Assembly: GCA_038087875.1 (NCBI GenBank)
Contig: CM075988.1
Location: forward strand, 27,220,001-27,284,000
DNA: 64,000 nucleotides
From: Malacoraja senta
Lineage: Eukaryota
Direction: 5' to 3'
Shown: in pieces, positions 38,011 to 50,659 of the stretch
How the letters are laid out: the number at the start of each line of letters is the position of its first letter
Numbering within the stretch: position 1 is the first letter of the stretch
The notes under the pieces: generated by a model
Told to the model about the DNA's origin: nothing
Databases searched by the model: none
Seen by the model: the letters and a program-made list of their open reading frames with translations, nothing else
Program-made: the position numbers and the translations under genes

Positions 38011-39950
38011 CGATGGCAAACCCCGAGGTAGGGAGGTCTGGTCTGGTAAGAAACATAACAAATGTGTTACACTCACAAGTGGGGGGAAGATTACGATTCT
38101 TCCTAAAAGAATGGCAACTAATAACAAATGATTCGTTTATACTGTGCAGCATAGTGGGATTTAGAATTGAGTTCTATCCACATTTGGATCCTCCAACTCA
38201 GCATATTTCAAACCGGTCACATACATTCTCAAAGGAAGAGAATACGCAGATCGAGGGAGAATTGAAAATTTTATGCGACACAGGGGTAATAGAAAAGTCA
38301 GTAGAACAACACCATCAGTTTGTGTCAAGTATTTTTCCTAGAACAAAAAAGGATGGTGGATGTAGAATTATTCTGGATCTGACAAGTCTCAACCTTTTTG
38401 TACAGTATAAACAATTTAAAATGGAAACATTTACTAACGCCATTCAGCTGGTCACAAGAAACTGCTATATGGCAAGCATAGATCTGCAAGATGCATATTA
38501 TTCTGTGGCAATGCATGGTAATGATCAAAGATATCTAAAATTTAGGTGGATGAGTCAGTTATGGCAATTTAAAGCATTGCCCAATGGTCTGACTTCAGCA
38601 CCAAGGTTATTTACAAAATTACTTAAACCAATTTTAGCTCTGCTAAGAGCTGAGGGCCATGTATTAATGGCTTATTTGGATGATATTCTGATTGTAGGGG
38701 ACACTTTGGCTATGGCAAAGGAGTCAGTGTTAAGAGTCAAGTACATTTTTGAAAAATGGGATTTATTATTCACCCACAAAAATCGAAACTATTACCAAAC
38801 AAAAAGATTGATTACCTTGGGTTCACAATGAACTCAGAACACATGGTAATCACCTTGCCAAAAGATAAAAGGCTGCAGTTAATTGAAGGTTGCACTAAGC
38901 TCATTAACGAGTACAAACCTCTATTAGACAAGTGGGAAGCTTGCTGAGCAAATTAATTGCTGCTTTTCCAGCATTTTCCATTGCATTATCAGCATTTGCA
39001 GAGGGCTAAGGTACAAGCATTAAAGATTAATGCAGGGCATTTTGATAGGCCCATGCAATTGACAATTGAACCTATTATGGAAATAGAATGGTGGATTAAC
39101 AATGTCTCTAATGCTTCCAGAAAGGTTCTGGTAGACACACCTTCTGTTATTCTACAGACTGATGTAAGTGCTCTAGGATGGGGCGCAACTAACATTGTTT
39201 CCAGCTGTGGAGGTAGGTGGAATGTGGATGAAGTACCTTTGCTTGAAAATCAAGGTATAAATTACCTAGAGCTGTTGGGAGCATTTTATGGGCTTAAAGC
39301 TTATTGCACTAATATGGAAAATGTGCATGTTCAGGTACAGGTTGACAATGCTACAGCTGTAGCATATGTAAATCATATGGGTGGTATCAAGTCAGAATCT
39401 TGTGATAGATTGGCAAATGTAATTTGGACCTGGTGTATTGCCAGGAAAATTTGGCTGTCAGCAATGTATTTACCAGGTAAATTCAACATAGTTGCAGACA
39501 AAAGGTCACGTAAATTTAATGATAATACAGAATGGATGTTGCATCATGAAATATTTAAGCAAATTGTGGCACAATTTGGAATGCCAGAGATTGATTTGTT
39601 TGCATCAAGACTCAACCACCAATTGCCTAAGTATGTGTCATGGGAACCTGATCCTGGTGCAGTAGCGGTGGATGCTTTCTCGCTACATTAGGGTGGTATG
39701 TTTCTGTATGCATTTCCTCCGTTTTGTTTGATCAATCGATGCATACAGAAAATTAAACCGGACTCAGCCTCGGGGATTTTGGTGGTGCCAGATTGGCCTA
39801 CACAGCTATGGTACCCACTGGTGTTATAAATGATCAAAAAAAACCTTATGGTTATTCCTAAGCAGGTAAAAACTACTTGTACACCCTGTAACTGATGAAC
39901 CACATCCTTTACAATGATCGTATTGGTTTGTTGATTTGCAGATTCTAAGA
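38010..39950 (+). pseudogene. DIRS RT - RNase H - DNA N6-adenine-methyltransferase-like ORF
   Basis: VGGRLRFF..W, KKDGGCRIILDL, DLQDAYY, LPNGLTSAPRLFTK, AYLDDIL; RH TDVSALGWG..NYLEL..DNATAVAYVN; MT-like IDLFASRLN..YAFPPF. Frameshifts and stops present. Confidence 0.93.
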
Positions 39951-39960
39951 AGGCCATATC

Positions 39961-40932
39961 TTGGAAAAGGATTATCAGATCGTACGGTGGATGTTATGGC
40001 AGCAGCCTGGAGGAATAGTACCCAGAAGCAATACATTTTCTTATATAAGGAAATGGGAGGTGTTTTGTTCAGAAAAGAATATTGCATATAACACTGCAGA
40101 CATTTCAGATGTGCTAGAGTTTCTTTCAACTCTTTATTTTGAATTAAAATTAAGTTATAGTGCAATCAATACTGCAAGGAGTGCACTCTCTGCATATTTA
40201 TGCAGTGAATCAGAACAAAATCCAATAGGATCACATCCTTGGGTCTGTAGGTTTATGAAGGGAATTTTCAACTCCAAACCTCCTAGACTTAGGTATACAG
40301 AAATCTGGAATGTAAAAGATGTACTGATGCTGCTGCGTGACTGGAATCCTATTGAAACTCTGTCATTCGCCAAAATTACCATGAGGTTGGTTATGCTCAT
40401 GGCGTTAGTTTCAGCACAGAGAGTTCAAACATTACAGAAATTAAGAATAGACAGGATGAAAGTAGGGGCAGATGCCGTTACATTCTATGTCTATGATTTG
40501 CTGAAACAAAGTAGACCTGGGTTCACGGGATGTAAGTTGGGGTTTTCAGCATATCCTACGGATCCACGGCTATGTGTAGTAACATATATAAGATGTTACA
40601 TGGAAGCAACCAGAATCTTAAGAGGTACAGAATTAGCATTTATTATCAGTCATAAAAGTCCTCATAAGAAAGTGTCAACACAGACAATTTCAAGATGGTT
40701 GAAACAGGTGTTGATTTATTCAGGTATTGATACTGATAAATTTAAATCTCATTCCACCAGGGCGGCATCAACATCGGCGGCCAGGGACTCAGACGTTCCA
40801 ATAGACCTTATCCTCGCGGCCGCAGGATGGGCAAGTGAACAGATGTTTCACAAGTATTACCATAAGGAGATTAAAGATCCCGGGGTGTTTGGTGATGCCG
40901 TGCTGGATTCAGTATTAAATCCCCCATTATGA
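39961..40932 (+). CDS. DIRS tyrosine recombinase (about 300 aa open; frameshift near 40035 in the N-terminal region)
   Basis: YSAINTARSALS..HPWVCRFMKG; catalytic set AQRVQ (R), LLKQSR (K), SHSTRAAS (HxxR), AGW (W), FHKYY (Y). Confidence 0.93.
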   Translation: MEKDYQIVRWMLWQQPGGIVPRSNTFSYIRKWEVFCSEKNIAYNTADISDVLEFLSTLYFELKLSYSAINTARSALSAYLCSESEQNPIGSHPWVCRFMKGIFNSKPPRLRYTEIWNVKDVLMLLRDWNPIETLSFAKITMRLVMLMALVSAQRVQTLQKLRIDRMKVGADAVTFYVYDLLKQSRPGFTGCKLGFSAYPTDPRLCVVTYIRCYMEATRILRGTELAFIISHKSPHKKVSTQTISRWLKQVLIYSGIDTDKFKSHSTRAASTSAARDSDVPIDLILAAAGWASEQMFHKYYHKEIKDPGVFGDAVLDSVLNPPL

Positions 40933-41100
40933 TAAATGGGTTACTATTGTTGTAATAAATAAAACCATTAACTGATTACATTTAATGTTGTGGTTATGCA
41001 TTGTTGATTGTGGTTACTCGTTAGAGTCAATCAGTGCAGTGAGCACCTGGATTTTAATCCACGGTGTGAAATCACAGAGCTTTGAAACCTTCACGTAGTC

Positions 41101-41202
41101 ACTCACGTGACTCCGAAGTAAAATAGTAAGATTATTGACGAGAACTTACCAGTTTGAAGTTTGATCTTTATTTTATGAGGAGTTACGTTGAGGGATTACG
41201 TG
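41101..41202. repeat. DIRS internal complementary region (ICR)
   Basis: 41101-41124 is the reverse complement of the left end 36165-36188; 41122-41202 is the near-exact reverse complement of the right end 41346-41424. Confidence 0.93.
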
Positions 41203-41713
41203 CCCTCCGCTCCCACCCTCATAAAAGATCGAGCTGGTAGTTCTAGTCTTTATGTATCTTACTATCATACTTCAGTAATTGTCGTCTGTGATTTCACTCC
41301 GCTGCTTTGAAGATTGACGCGTGTGCGGCTGGACAGGGTCTTCTTCACGTAATCCCTCATCGTAACTCCTCATAAAATAAAGATCAAACTTGAAACTGGT
41401 AAGTTCACGTTTAATCTTACTATTAATGAATCAAAATCTGGAAAGTTTAAAACAGGGTGAAAGTTAAAATGTGCGTATATTTATTAACGAAAGTGTTCTG
41501 CTGAATTGGGGTGTATTGCATTCCAGCTAGGAAGGACTGAATCAACTGCCTCAAGTTTCGCACCAGATTTACCAGGATTACCCCGATAAATCCTCAAGGA
41601 ATTGTTAATTGGGTGTTGGGTCTAAAAATGGCTGAAGAAGTCGTGCATGTCATCTCTGTTAGTGAGTTACCAAGCCTTCTGCACTCGCTTAATCCTCTGC
41701 TTTTAGGTACCTA

Positions 41714-43064
41714 CTAGACTAAGTGGGACCCGTTGGGTCCCAGCATCACACGGGAGGGCTGGTCCTCCAAAGCAATATTCCACCTCTCCACCAATTCCAA
41801 TATTGGTGGCCAGTGGGGGGGGCTTTCTGGAGCGCTAGTATGGGTGTTGTGCGCTGAAGGGTCTGGTATCCAGAGGGCTAGTATGGACATTGTGGGCCGA
41901 ATGGATTCTTGGGCTGGCGGCTCAGCCACTCAAGCCTGTTGTGCTGGAAGCTCACTCACTCACGGCTGGTGGGCTCGCAGTTGACAGACAGCTATTCCTT
42001 GAAATTCCATTTCAAGCAGGATGCAAGGCCACTAAAGACAGCGAGTCATGACCTCTCCCTCCCCCATCTTGCAGAGACTGAGCCACGGCCACACTTCCGG
42101 GTTTTATAGTCCCATCCCCCTTCCCACCAGAAGGGGCGTGGCCTTCATGGCGTGATTGACAGGAGAGAGAATCTCAACATTTTTTAAACACTAATAATTC
42201 TTTTATTTTTCATCAATGGGAAAAATCCTCGGCACCTGATGAGCGGAGGGGGACTGAGTAAGATGGCCAAAAATCACAGCCATACGTGGTAGCGTTTTTA
42301 CTCAAATCAATATAAAGCGCAAACAGGAAATGGTCAAGATTAGACTTTAATTATATAGAAGGCAAGGCAGCACTAATTAGGCAAGGTAGCTCTAATTAGG
42401 CAAGGCATCTCTAATTAGGCAAGGCAGCTTGCTTTAGCACTTTCAAAACCAAAGGCAAGGCAGCTTGCTTTAGCACTTTCAAAACCAAATGCAACACAGC
42501 TTGCTTTAGCACTTTCAAAACCAAAGGCAACACAGCATGCTTTAGCACTTTCAAAACCAAAGGAAAGACAGCTTGCTTTAGCACTTTCAAAACCAAAGGC
42601 AACACAGCTTGCTTTAGCACTTTCAAAACCAGAGGCAACTCAGCTTGCTTTAGCACTTTCAAAACGAAAGGCAACACAGCTTTAGCACTTTCAAACCAAA
42701 ACACACTTTTGCATTTTCAAACTACATTTTCAAACCACTTAAGGGCACTGACAGGTCAGTAAAACCACTCACAGTTTAGTAGACATGTGTTCAGTGTTAT
42801 TCACAGCTCAGACTGAGAATTGCGACCTCTCGCTCCCCCATCTTGCAGAGAACTGAGGCACCTCCACACTTCCGGGTTGTATAGTCCCTCCAGAAGGGGC
42901 GTGGCCTTCAGAAGAGAGAATCTCAACATTTTTTAATCCTCTCATCCTGCGCAGCAGAGGGGACTGAGTAAGATGGCCAAAAATCACAACCGTGAGTGGC
43001 AGCGTTTTTTCTAAAATCAATATACAGAACAACAGGAAATGGTCAAGATCATACTTTTAGTAGA
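41714..43064 (-). mobile_element. Composite non-autonomous Helitron
   Basis: Minus-strand 3' end GGGACCC-AAC-GGGTCCC hairpin, then ACTTAGT-CTAG|T; two TC-starting 5' modules (TCTATATAATTAAAG at 42359, TCTACTAAAAG at 43064); no TSD. Confidence 0.8.
42360..42700. repeat. Minisatellite inside the Helitron: about 3 x AGGCAAGGCAGCACTAATT, then about 7.5 x 36-bp CAGCTTGCTTTAGCACTTTCAAAACCAAAGGCAACA
   Basis: Direct inspection; the 12-aa periodicity of ORF 42411-42704 reflects the 36-bp unit. Confidence 0.95.
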
Positions 43065-46000
43065 GGCGGAACGGCCAATCCAAATGTACCTTCTATTTGC
43101 AGTTAATTGGCCTCCTGGTCAGTGAGAGTTACATGTAGCTCTTGGGGCTAATGGAATCAAGGGTTATGGGGAGAAAAAGCAGGAAAGGGGTACTGATTTT
43201 GGATGATCAGCCATGATCATATTGAATGGCTGTGCTGGCTCGAAGGGCCAAATGGCCTACTCCTACACCTAGTTTCTATGTTTCTGTTTCATCACACCAA
43301 TGTTGCTTCTTCTTGCTAGGGATGCCAAGAGTGTCTTCACATGTATTAATTCTGCCTATCATCAGACCAACCTATAAGCATTGCATCTTCTCTGGGCTGC
43401 TTCATATGGGGGATTGTGTGGAAAGAGTCACATGGATGGGGTCCATGGGAGGTTCAACATTAGTCTTCATACCAATTGTTTTGGAATATGGTGGAGGACC
43501 TGTATTCTAACTAGTTATCAACACCACAAAGGGAGAATTTCCATAGGAGTTTATTGCTCTCTTGTCCTTGACTAGAGCTGTGGATTATTTGATAGACACA
43601 GAATGCTGGAGTAACTCAGCGGTAGCATCTTTGGAAAGAAGGAATGGGTGACGTTTCGGTTCTAGACCCTGATTATTTGATACCACCAATTCTCTGGTGT
43701 TAATGCTATTATCAAAAATTATTAAAAATTGGAACATGACATCTTCGCCTCAAATCAATTTACCAAACCTTTTTTATATTCTGATTCTGATTCTGAGATT
43801 CCTTTTATCTCATGTGATATATAAATTAACGACAATGGAGTATTTCATAGACCTATTCTGAAGGACCTCATCTGAAAGCAAGATTCACCCACACCACAAC
43901 TTTACAATCCCAGCTCAGACACTCGATATTTAAATTATTTTGAATATTATGGGGGAGCTGTATTTATTGCTCATTTGTAGTTGTCTACTATTAATGACTG
44001 AATGGTTTACAAGACAAATTGAGAATGTGGTGTGACACTGGAGTCATGGTCAGAGAAAGGACAATCGCTTTATTTTCCTATGAAGAAAATCAGCTTTTAT
44101 TGCCAATCCAAAAAATTAAGTCATTTTTACTGATAGTTCCAGATTTCATTTCAAAGCTAATTCCTTGTTTCAAAATAGTGGAGTTTAAACCTGCTCCCTG
44201 GGTGAATTGTCCCAGATTACTTTGTGATTCATTATACAACAATACACCAAAAGGCAACGTGAATGTAGCCCAGTCCATTTCACAAACTAGGCTCTCCCGC
44301 ATCGACTCATTCTACATTTCACACTGCCTCGGGAAAGCAGCCAACATTATCAAGGACCAACTACACCCGGCCATTCCTTCTTCATCCTTTTCCCATTGGG
44401 CAGAAGCTTGAAAACATGTACCACCAGATTCAGGAACAGCTTCATCCCCATTGTCATCTGACTACTGAATAAACCTCATAAACTAAGGCTGCATTCCCAA
44501 TCTCCCAACCTATCTCAAGCAGTCATAGTCATGCAGTGTGGAAACAGGCCCTTCGGCTGAACTTACCCATACTGGGCAACATGTCCCAACTACACTAGTT
44601 CCACTCACCGGAATTTGTCCCATAGCCCTTCAAACCAGTCCCTATCCGTGTAGTCCTCACACTTTTTTAAACTGCAGTTTCTCTGCAACTGCAACGCTAT
44701 AACCCTGCAACACCATTTTCTGCACTCTGGTATTTTGTCTCTTTACACTATCTGTTGTACTTGTGTTAGGGTTGATTCTATTTATGTATAGTATGATTTA
44801 ACTAGCTAGCACACAAACAAGTTGTACACTTGACAATAATAAACCAAAACCAATACCAAATGCAATTTATGGAGCTCACCTTAGCACAGCCACCTCACCA
44901 TTTTAATTCACTTCCATTTAACCCGAGATAAGAAAAAAAATGCTCATTAATACTTTAGCATTTGAGCATCTTCCAGTGCTGGGAGTGACTCTAGAAATCT
45001 GAAGGTAAGTAATTTGTACAATGCAATTTTCACCAAATCTTGGCTGGTGTGGCGATCTAATAATAGCAAAGAAGAGATGGTGCAGGATACAATTCAAGTT
45101 TTCATAAAATCAGTGGCATGTCACAAGTGCCAATTCAATGGAAATACATTAGACAGAGATTACCTTGAACCTGACTACAGAGCACAAATATCTACATTAC
45201 TCACACACCAACCACGCTTATTAAGATAAATCTATCAGTCAATCACAGTTATTTGCTTAACATTCATTAACATACCCATATTAAAGTAGATAAAAGTCAT
45301 TTGTCAACATAAAGTTCAGGTCAGTTCCCATTGCACGTTTTAGAAAGATTATAATTTCCTGAATTTTAATTAGTATGCAGTGCATGAACATTATTCATAT
45401 TTTTATCTGCAATTACGTACAAGAGTTTGCCTTTATATAATATCTTAAAGAAAAATATTTAAGAGCATCGAAGGGCAAATTTTCAAAATGGATGTTAAAC
45501 TGAAAGGAGGAGAAACAATACAATAGACCCAAATCAAAAGGAGTATGAAAGGAGGAGGCTTAGAAAGACGACTGCAAAGTTTGGAGTTAAGACATTTGCC
45601 AATGGCCGTCTGATAGAAGAGGATGCAGAGATCAAGGCTGGTGGAATATAAAGTGCAGGAAGAGTTGGAATGAACAAGGAAGGTACAAGGGAGGATGATA
45701 ATTCTGGTCACTACACTTGAGGAAAAATGTGATGACACCATAGAGGGTGCAGAGGAAACCGCCATGGATTGGGCTGTATAATTATGGTTACGAGGGGAGA
45801 CTTGTTTAGATGGACAAGTCTGCAGAAATCTGAATTATTTATCTGGAGATACAGGGTATGTGTTCAAATACCCTCCACAGTTGGGAATTTTAACTCAATT
45901 AATAAAACGCTGGTATCAGTTGTGAGAATGCCCTTCAGAGGAAGAAATCAGACAACCTTGCTCGTCTAGTCAGGCTGATCCTAGTTCTGCGCTGGTTTGT

Positions 46001-46804
46001 ATATATCTGAGCACACACAGCAGTGAGGAACTATATTAGAGAAGATGTCCTTTATAGTTAAATTTCAAGCAGGTTTGTTAAAACTGATATAACAGTGCTA
46101 ATTGGCTTTTGGAGTGGAAGGAAAACTGTCATTTTTCCTTTCTTGAAAGCCACTTTAATATCTTACAACTGTATAGCAATTCCAACACATAGCAACACAA
46201 GAGGTCACAGAGATTGATGGACTGAGTCAGGTCCATCATGACAAATCCCTCTTCACCATTGAAAGCATCAATGTGAGACGCTGCCTGTAGAATCATACTC
46301 CTACGTACTCATCCAGCCCATGCCCTCATCTCAGGGCTGCTGTTGGACAGGTGTTACAGAAGCCTGAAGTCGCACACCACCAGGTTAATATGCAACAATA
46401 CAATACAGGGACAGGCACATCATCCCATAATGTTTGTGCCGAGTAAAACTGATCTCATCTGCCTGTACATGACCCATATCCCTCTATTCTTTGCACTTCC
46501 ACGTGCCTATCCAAAAGCCTCTTAAATGCCACTATATATCTGCCTCCACCTCCAGCCCTGAATGGGTTCCAGGCCCCCACTACCCTCTGTGTAAAAGACT
46601 TGCTCCACACATCTCCATTAAACTTTCTCCCCCTCACATTATAGCTATGCCCTCTGGTGATGGACATTTTCACCCTGGGAGAAAGGTTCTCCCTATCTAT
46701 GCCTCTCATACTTTTATAAACCTCTATCAAGTCTCCCCTATGCATGCCTCTGACGTTCCAGAGAAAACAATCCAAGTCTGAACCTCTCGCGGTAGCTGAA
46801 ACCT

Positions 46805-48410
46805 CAGTTTAAGAATAAGGGGTAAGCCATTTAGAACGGAGAAGAGGAAACACTTTTTCTCACAGAGGGTGGTGAGTCTGTGGAATTCTCTGCCTCAGAG
46901 GGCGGTGGAGGCAGGTTCTCTGGATGCTTTCAAGAGAGAGCTAGATAGGGCTCTTAAAAATAGCCCCAATCAGTACCCCGTTCCTGCCTTCTCCCCATAT
47001 CCCCTGACTCCGCTATTTTTAAGAGCCCTATCTAGCTCTCTCTTGAAAGCATCCAGAGAACCTGCCTCCACTGCCCTCTGAGGTAGAGAATTCCACAGAC
47101 TCACCAATTTCACCACACCTCGTCTCCGTTCTAAATGGCTTACTCCTTATTCTTAAACTGTGGCCCCTGGTTCTGGACTCCCCCAACATCGGGAACATGT
47201 TTCCTGCCTCTAGCGTGTTCAAGCCCTTAACAATCTTATATGTTTCAATGAGATACCCTCTCATCCTTCTAAACTCCTGAGTGTACAAGCCCAGCTACAC
47301 CATTCTCTCAGCATATGACAGTCCCGCCATCCCAGGAATTAACCTTGTAAACCTACGCTGCACTCCCTCAATAGCAAGAATGTCCTTCCTCAAATTAGGG
47401 GACCAAAACTGCACACAATACTCCAGGTGTGGTCTCACTAGGGCTCTGTACAACTGCAGAAGGACCTCTTTGCTCCTATATTCGATTCCTTTTGTTATAA
47501 AGGCCAACATGCCATTCGCTTTCTTCACTGCCTGCTGTACCTGCACGCTTACTTTCATAGACTGATGTACAAGGACCCCCAGATCCCGTTGTACTTCCCC
47601 TTTTCCCAACTTGACACCATTTAGATAGTAATCTGCCTTCCTGTTTTTGCTACCAAAGTGGATAACCTCACATTTATCCGCATTAAACTTCATCTGCCAT
47701 GTATCTCCCCACTCCCCACAACCTGTCCAAATCACCCTGCATTCTCATAGCATCCTCCTCACAGTTCACACTGACCCCAGCTTTGTGTCATCTGCAAATT
47801 TGCTAATGTTACTTTGAATCCCTTCATCCAAATCATTGATGTATATAGTAAATAGCTGCGGTCCCAGCACCGAGCCTTGCGGTACCCCACTAGTCAGTGC
47901 CTGCCATTCTGAAAGGGACCCATTAATCCCTACTCTTTGTTTCCTGTCTGCCAACCACTTCTCTATCCATGTCAGCACTCTACCCCCAATACCATGTGCC
48001 CTAATTTTGCCCACTAATCTCCTCTGTGGGACCTTATCAAATGCTTTCTGAAAGTCCTGGTACACTACATCCACTGGCTCTCCCTTGTCTATTATCCTAG
48101 TTACATCTTCACAAAATTCCAGAAGATTAGTCAAGCATGATTTCCCCTTCGTAAATCCATGCTGACTCGGACTGATCCTGTTACTGCTATCCAAATGTTC
48201 GGCTATCTCATCTTTTATAATTGACTCCAGCATCTTCCCCACCACCGATGTCAGGCTAACTGGTCTATAATTCCCTGTATTCTCTCTCCCGCCTTTCTTA
48301 AAAAGTGGGATAACATTAGCTACCCTCCAATTCACAGGAACTGATCCCGAGTTTATAGAACATTGGAAAATTATCACCAATGCATCCACGATTTCTAGAG
48401 CCACTTCCTT
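46805..48410 (-). mobile_element. CR1 LINE (RT) with a fold-back inverted duplication of its 3' end
   Basis: RT ORFs 47766-48404 and 47295-47735; 46805-46964 (+) is an inverted copy of 47012-47160. Confidence 0.92.
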
Positions 48411-49804
48411 TTTGCCTTTGCCTCTATCCCCATGGTTCAGAAAGTAATGCCAGAAAATATTGCCCTCCTTCCAGATGATGTACCTTTATGGCATTATCGA
48501 TGTCAAAAATCAGACATCAAATAGGAAAGATTAAAAAATAGTATGTTATCTGTGCAAGGGCAATTGGAGGACAGGTAACAGGTTAACAGTCACTAAACAC
48601 CAATATTACTCGCAAGCAATGCAACAGAATGAAAAATTAAAAGAGACCATCACAAACTTGCACTGGTCCACTGCCAACTGGCCTAGGACAATGAAATAAC
48701 AGAACACAGCATTTAATATCAACGGGTCATTTTTTTAATCTACAGAATGTTCCGTTCAATCATTTGTGAGGTTTTCAATAAAACCAGTTGGACTGGAAGA
48801 CCATAAAAAATAATATGGGGAAATCAGTCAGAAAGTCACATCAGATACAAGCAAGGATAATGAATCACACTTAATTAAACCGGAAATTTAATGTAGGGAA
48901 CTGGTATGGAAGAGATAAGAGTGGAATAATCTTCCTTTATTCTCCTTGTCACCCAATAACTAACTGGGCATATCCAACACATACAGTTTTCAAGCAGGCA
49001 ATGGCAGTTGCTCAGCACTCGACTCTTCCTCACAAGTTACCTGAGCGCACTTTATACAATTTCCCCCACAGATGTTGCTTAGCACACTGAATTCTTCCAG
49101 CACTTTGTTATATAATTCTCTGTTTAGTTCAGTCAGAAGAGAGCACCTCTCATGTCTCGTTGATATATGGAATGACAGGTACAATAACACCATTTAAAAG
49201 ATGGATGGAATAGGGTGAGTGGGATATGGTTCAAACTTGGGCAAATAGGACAGGCAGAGATGAGAATCTTGCTCAACATGGATGAGTTGGGCCAAAGGGC
49301 CTGTTTCTGTGCTGTTTGACTATAACCTTGTCTTTACCTTGTCTTGAAAGTCCCACATAGCTGTCTGAAAAAAGGTTGGGACATTTCTGTTAATAATGAT
49401 TAGACCTACAAATGTTGAATGAACTGCAAAGTCCCATCCAGCAGAAGAATGGATGTTAATCCTTGCATGTGGCCTGTTGGTCGGAAACTAAAACCAAAAC
49501 AGTCCTGTCAACATTAAAGAAGTTTGTAATTCAAATCAAGACACATTGAGTTTATTGTCACTTGCACAAGTCTAGTGAGGTACAGGTACAATGAAAATCT
49601 TGCAACACCACAGGCACAGACTCAGGCTAACACACAATAACACAAATTACATGAGTTCTGCATAAAACAAGACGTTCGTCCAAATCAGAATGTGAAGAAC
49701 TGGTCCATGGTAGTGCAAGAGGTTCTATTGTTGAGATAGGATTAGGATTGTGCAGGTTGGTTCAAGAACCTGATAGTTATAGGAAAGTAGGTGTTTCTGA
49801 ACCT

Positions 49805-50570
49805 CCACACTGGGGCCAATTTAACCGGAAAGTCAATTAACCTATAAACCTGCATGTCTTTGGAGTGTGGGAGGAAACTGGAGCACCCGGAGAAAACCCA
49901 TGCGGTCAAAGGTTCAAAGGTTAATTTTGTCACGGTACCAATTAAGGTACAATGGAACTCAAATTACCATAAAACCATACTAAAAAAAAGCAACAAGACA
50001 CACAACTACATAAAAGTTAACATAAACATCCACCACAGCAGATTCCCTACAATCCTCACTGTGATGGAAGGCAATAAAATCTAAACTTCTTCCTCTTTAT
50101 TTACCTGCGGTCGGGGCAGTCGAACCGTTCGCAGTCGGGGCGATCGCAGCTCCCGTGTCGGGATGGTCGCAGCTCCTGCAGTTGGAGCTACCGAAGTCGT
50201 TCCCTAACCAGTCTCCTGTAGAGGCCGCCAACTCCACAATGTTAGGTCGCAGTGCGGACGGAGATACAATACGGAAAAAAAAAAAATTCGCATCTCTGTC
50301 GAGGCAAGAGATTTAAAAAAGTCCCCCCCCCCCGCCACATAAAACAAGCTAAAGAACACTAAAACATAATTTAACACATACTAAAAAACAACAAAGCAGG
50401 AAGGGACGAGAGTCTGTTGGTGAGGCTGCCATTGAGGGCACCACCTGGTGGTCAGGTGGTCACAAGGAGAACATACAAACTCCGTATAGACAACATCCGT
50501 AGTGAGGATAGATCCCGGGTCTCTGGTGCTGTGAGGCAGCAACTCTCCCGCTGCGCCACCGTGCTGCCCT
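49805..50570 (-). mobile_element. HE1/V-type SINE split by GC-rich retroposon copy 3
   Basis: ..GAAAACCCATGCGGTCA | insert | GGTCACAAGGAGAACATAC.. rejoins the SINE consensus. Confidence 0.8.
49909..50457 (-). mobile_element. GC-rich non-autonomous retroposon (copy 3), TSD GGTCA
   Basis: GGTCA at 49904-49908 and 50458-50462; tail, hairpin (CCACCACAG..CTGTGATGG), CpG-rich core and A-rich block as in copy 1. Confidence 0.8.
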
Positions 50571-50659
50571 GAGTTGCAGCAGGAAGCATACCATGCAAAT
50601 GTCTTCTGGTCTGCCTGCTGTCCATGCATGACCTGTGCACGACCCAGACTCTGGCTGAC

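Larger units (their letters stand above)
36165..41424 (+). mobile_element. DIRS1-type tyrosine-recombinase retrotransposon
   Basis: gag-like ORF, RT-RNaseH-methyltransferase-like ORF and YR ORF; an internal complementary region matches both termini; ATT at both junctions. Confidence 0.95.

Noticed and set aside
39961..40932. Phage integrase or bacterial contamination (YR next to an adenine-methylase-like motif)
   Set aside because: Both belong to the standard DIRS1 retrotransposon architecture, embedded among vertebrate repeats.
42411..42704. Amphipathic repeat peptide (LVLKVLKQAVLP)n
   Set aside because: Translation of the 36-bp minisatellite inside the Helitron; no evidence of coding.
44977..45010. 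Possible micro-exon (TTCCAG|..GAAG|GTAAGT)
   Set aside because: Good donor but weak acceptor, 28 nt, no recognisable peptide; expected by chance.
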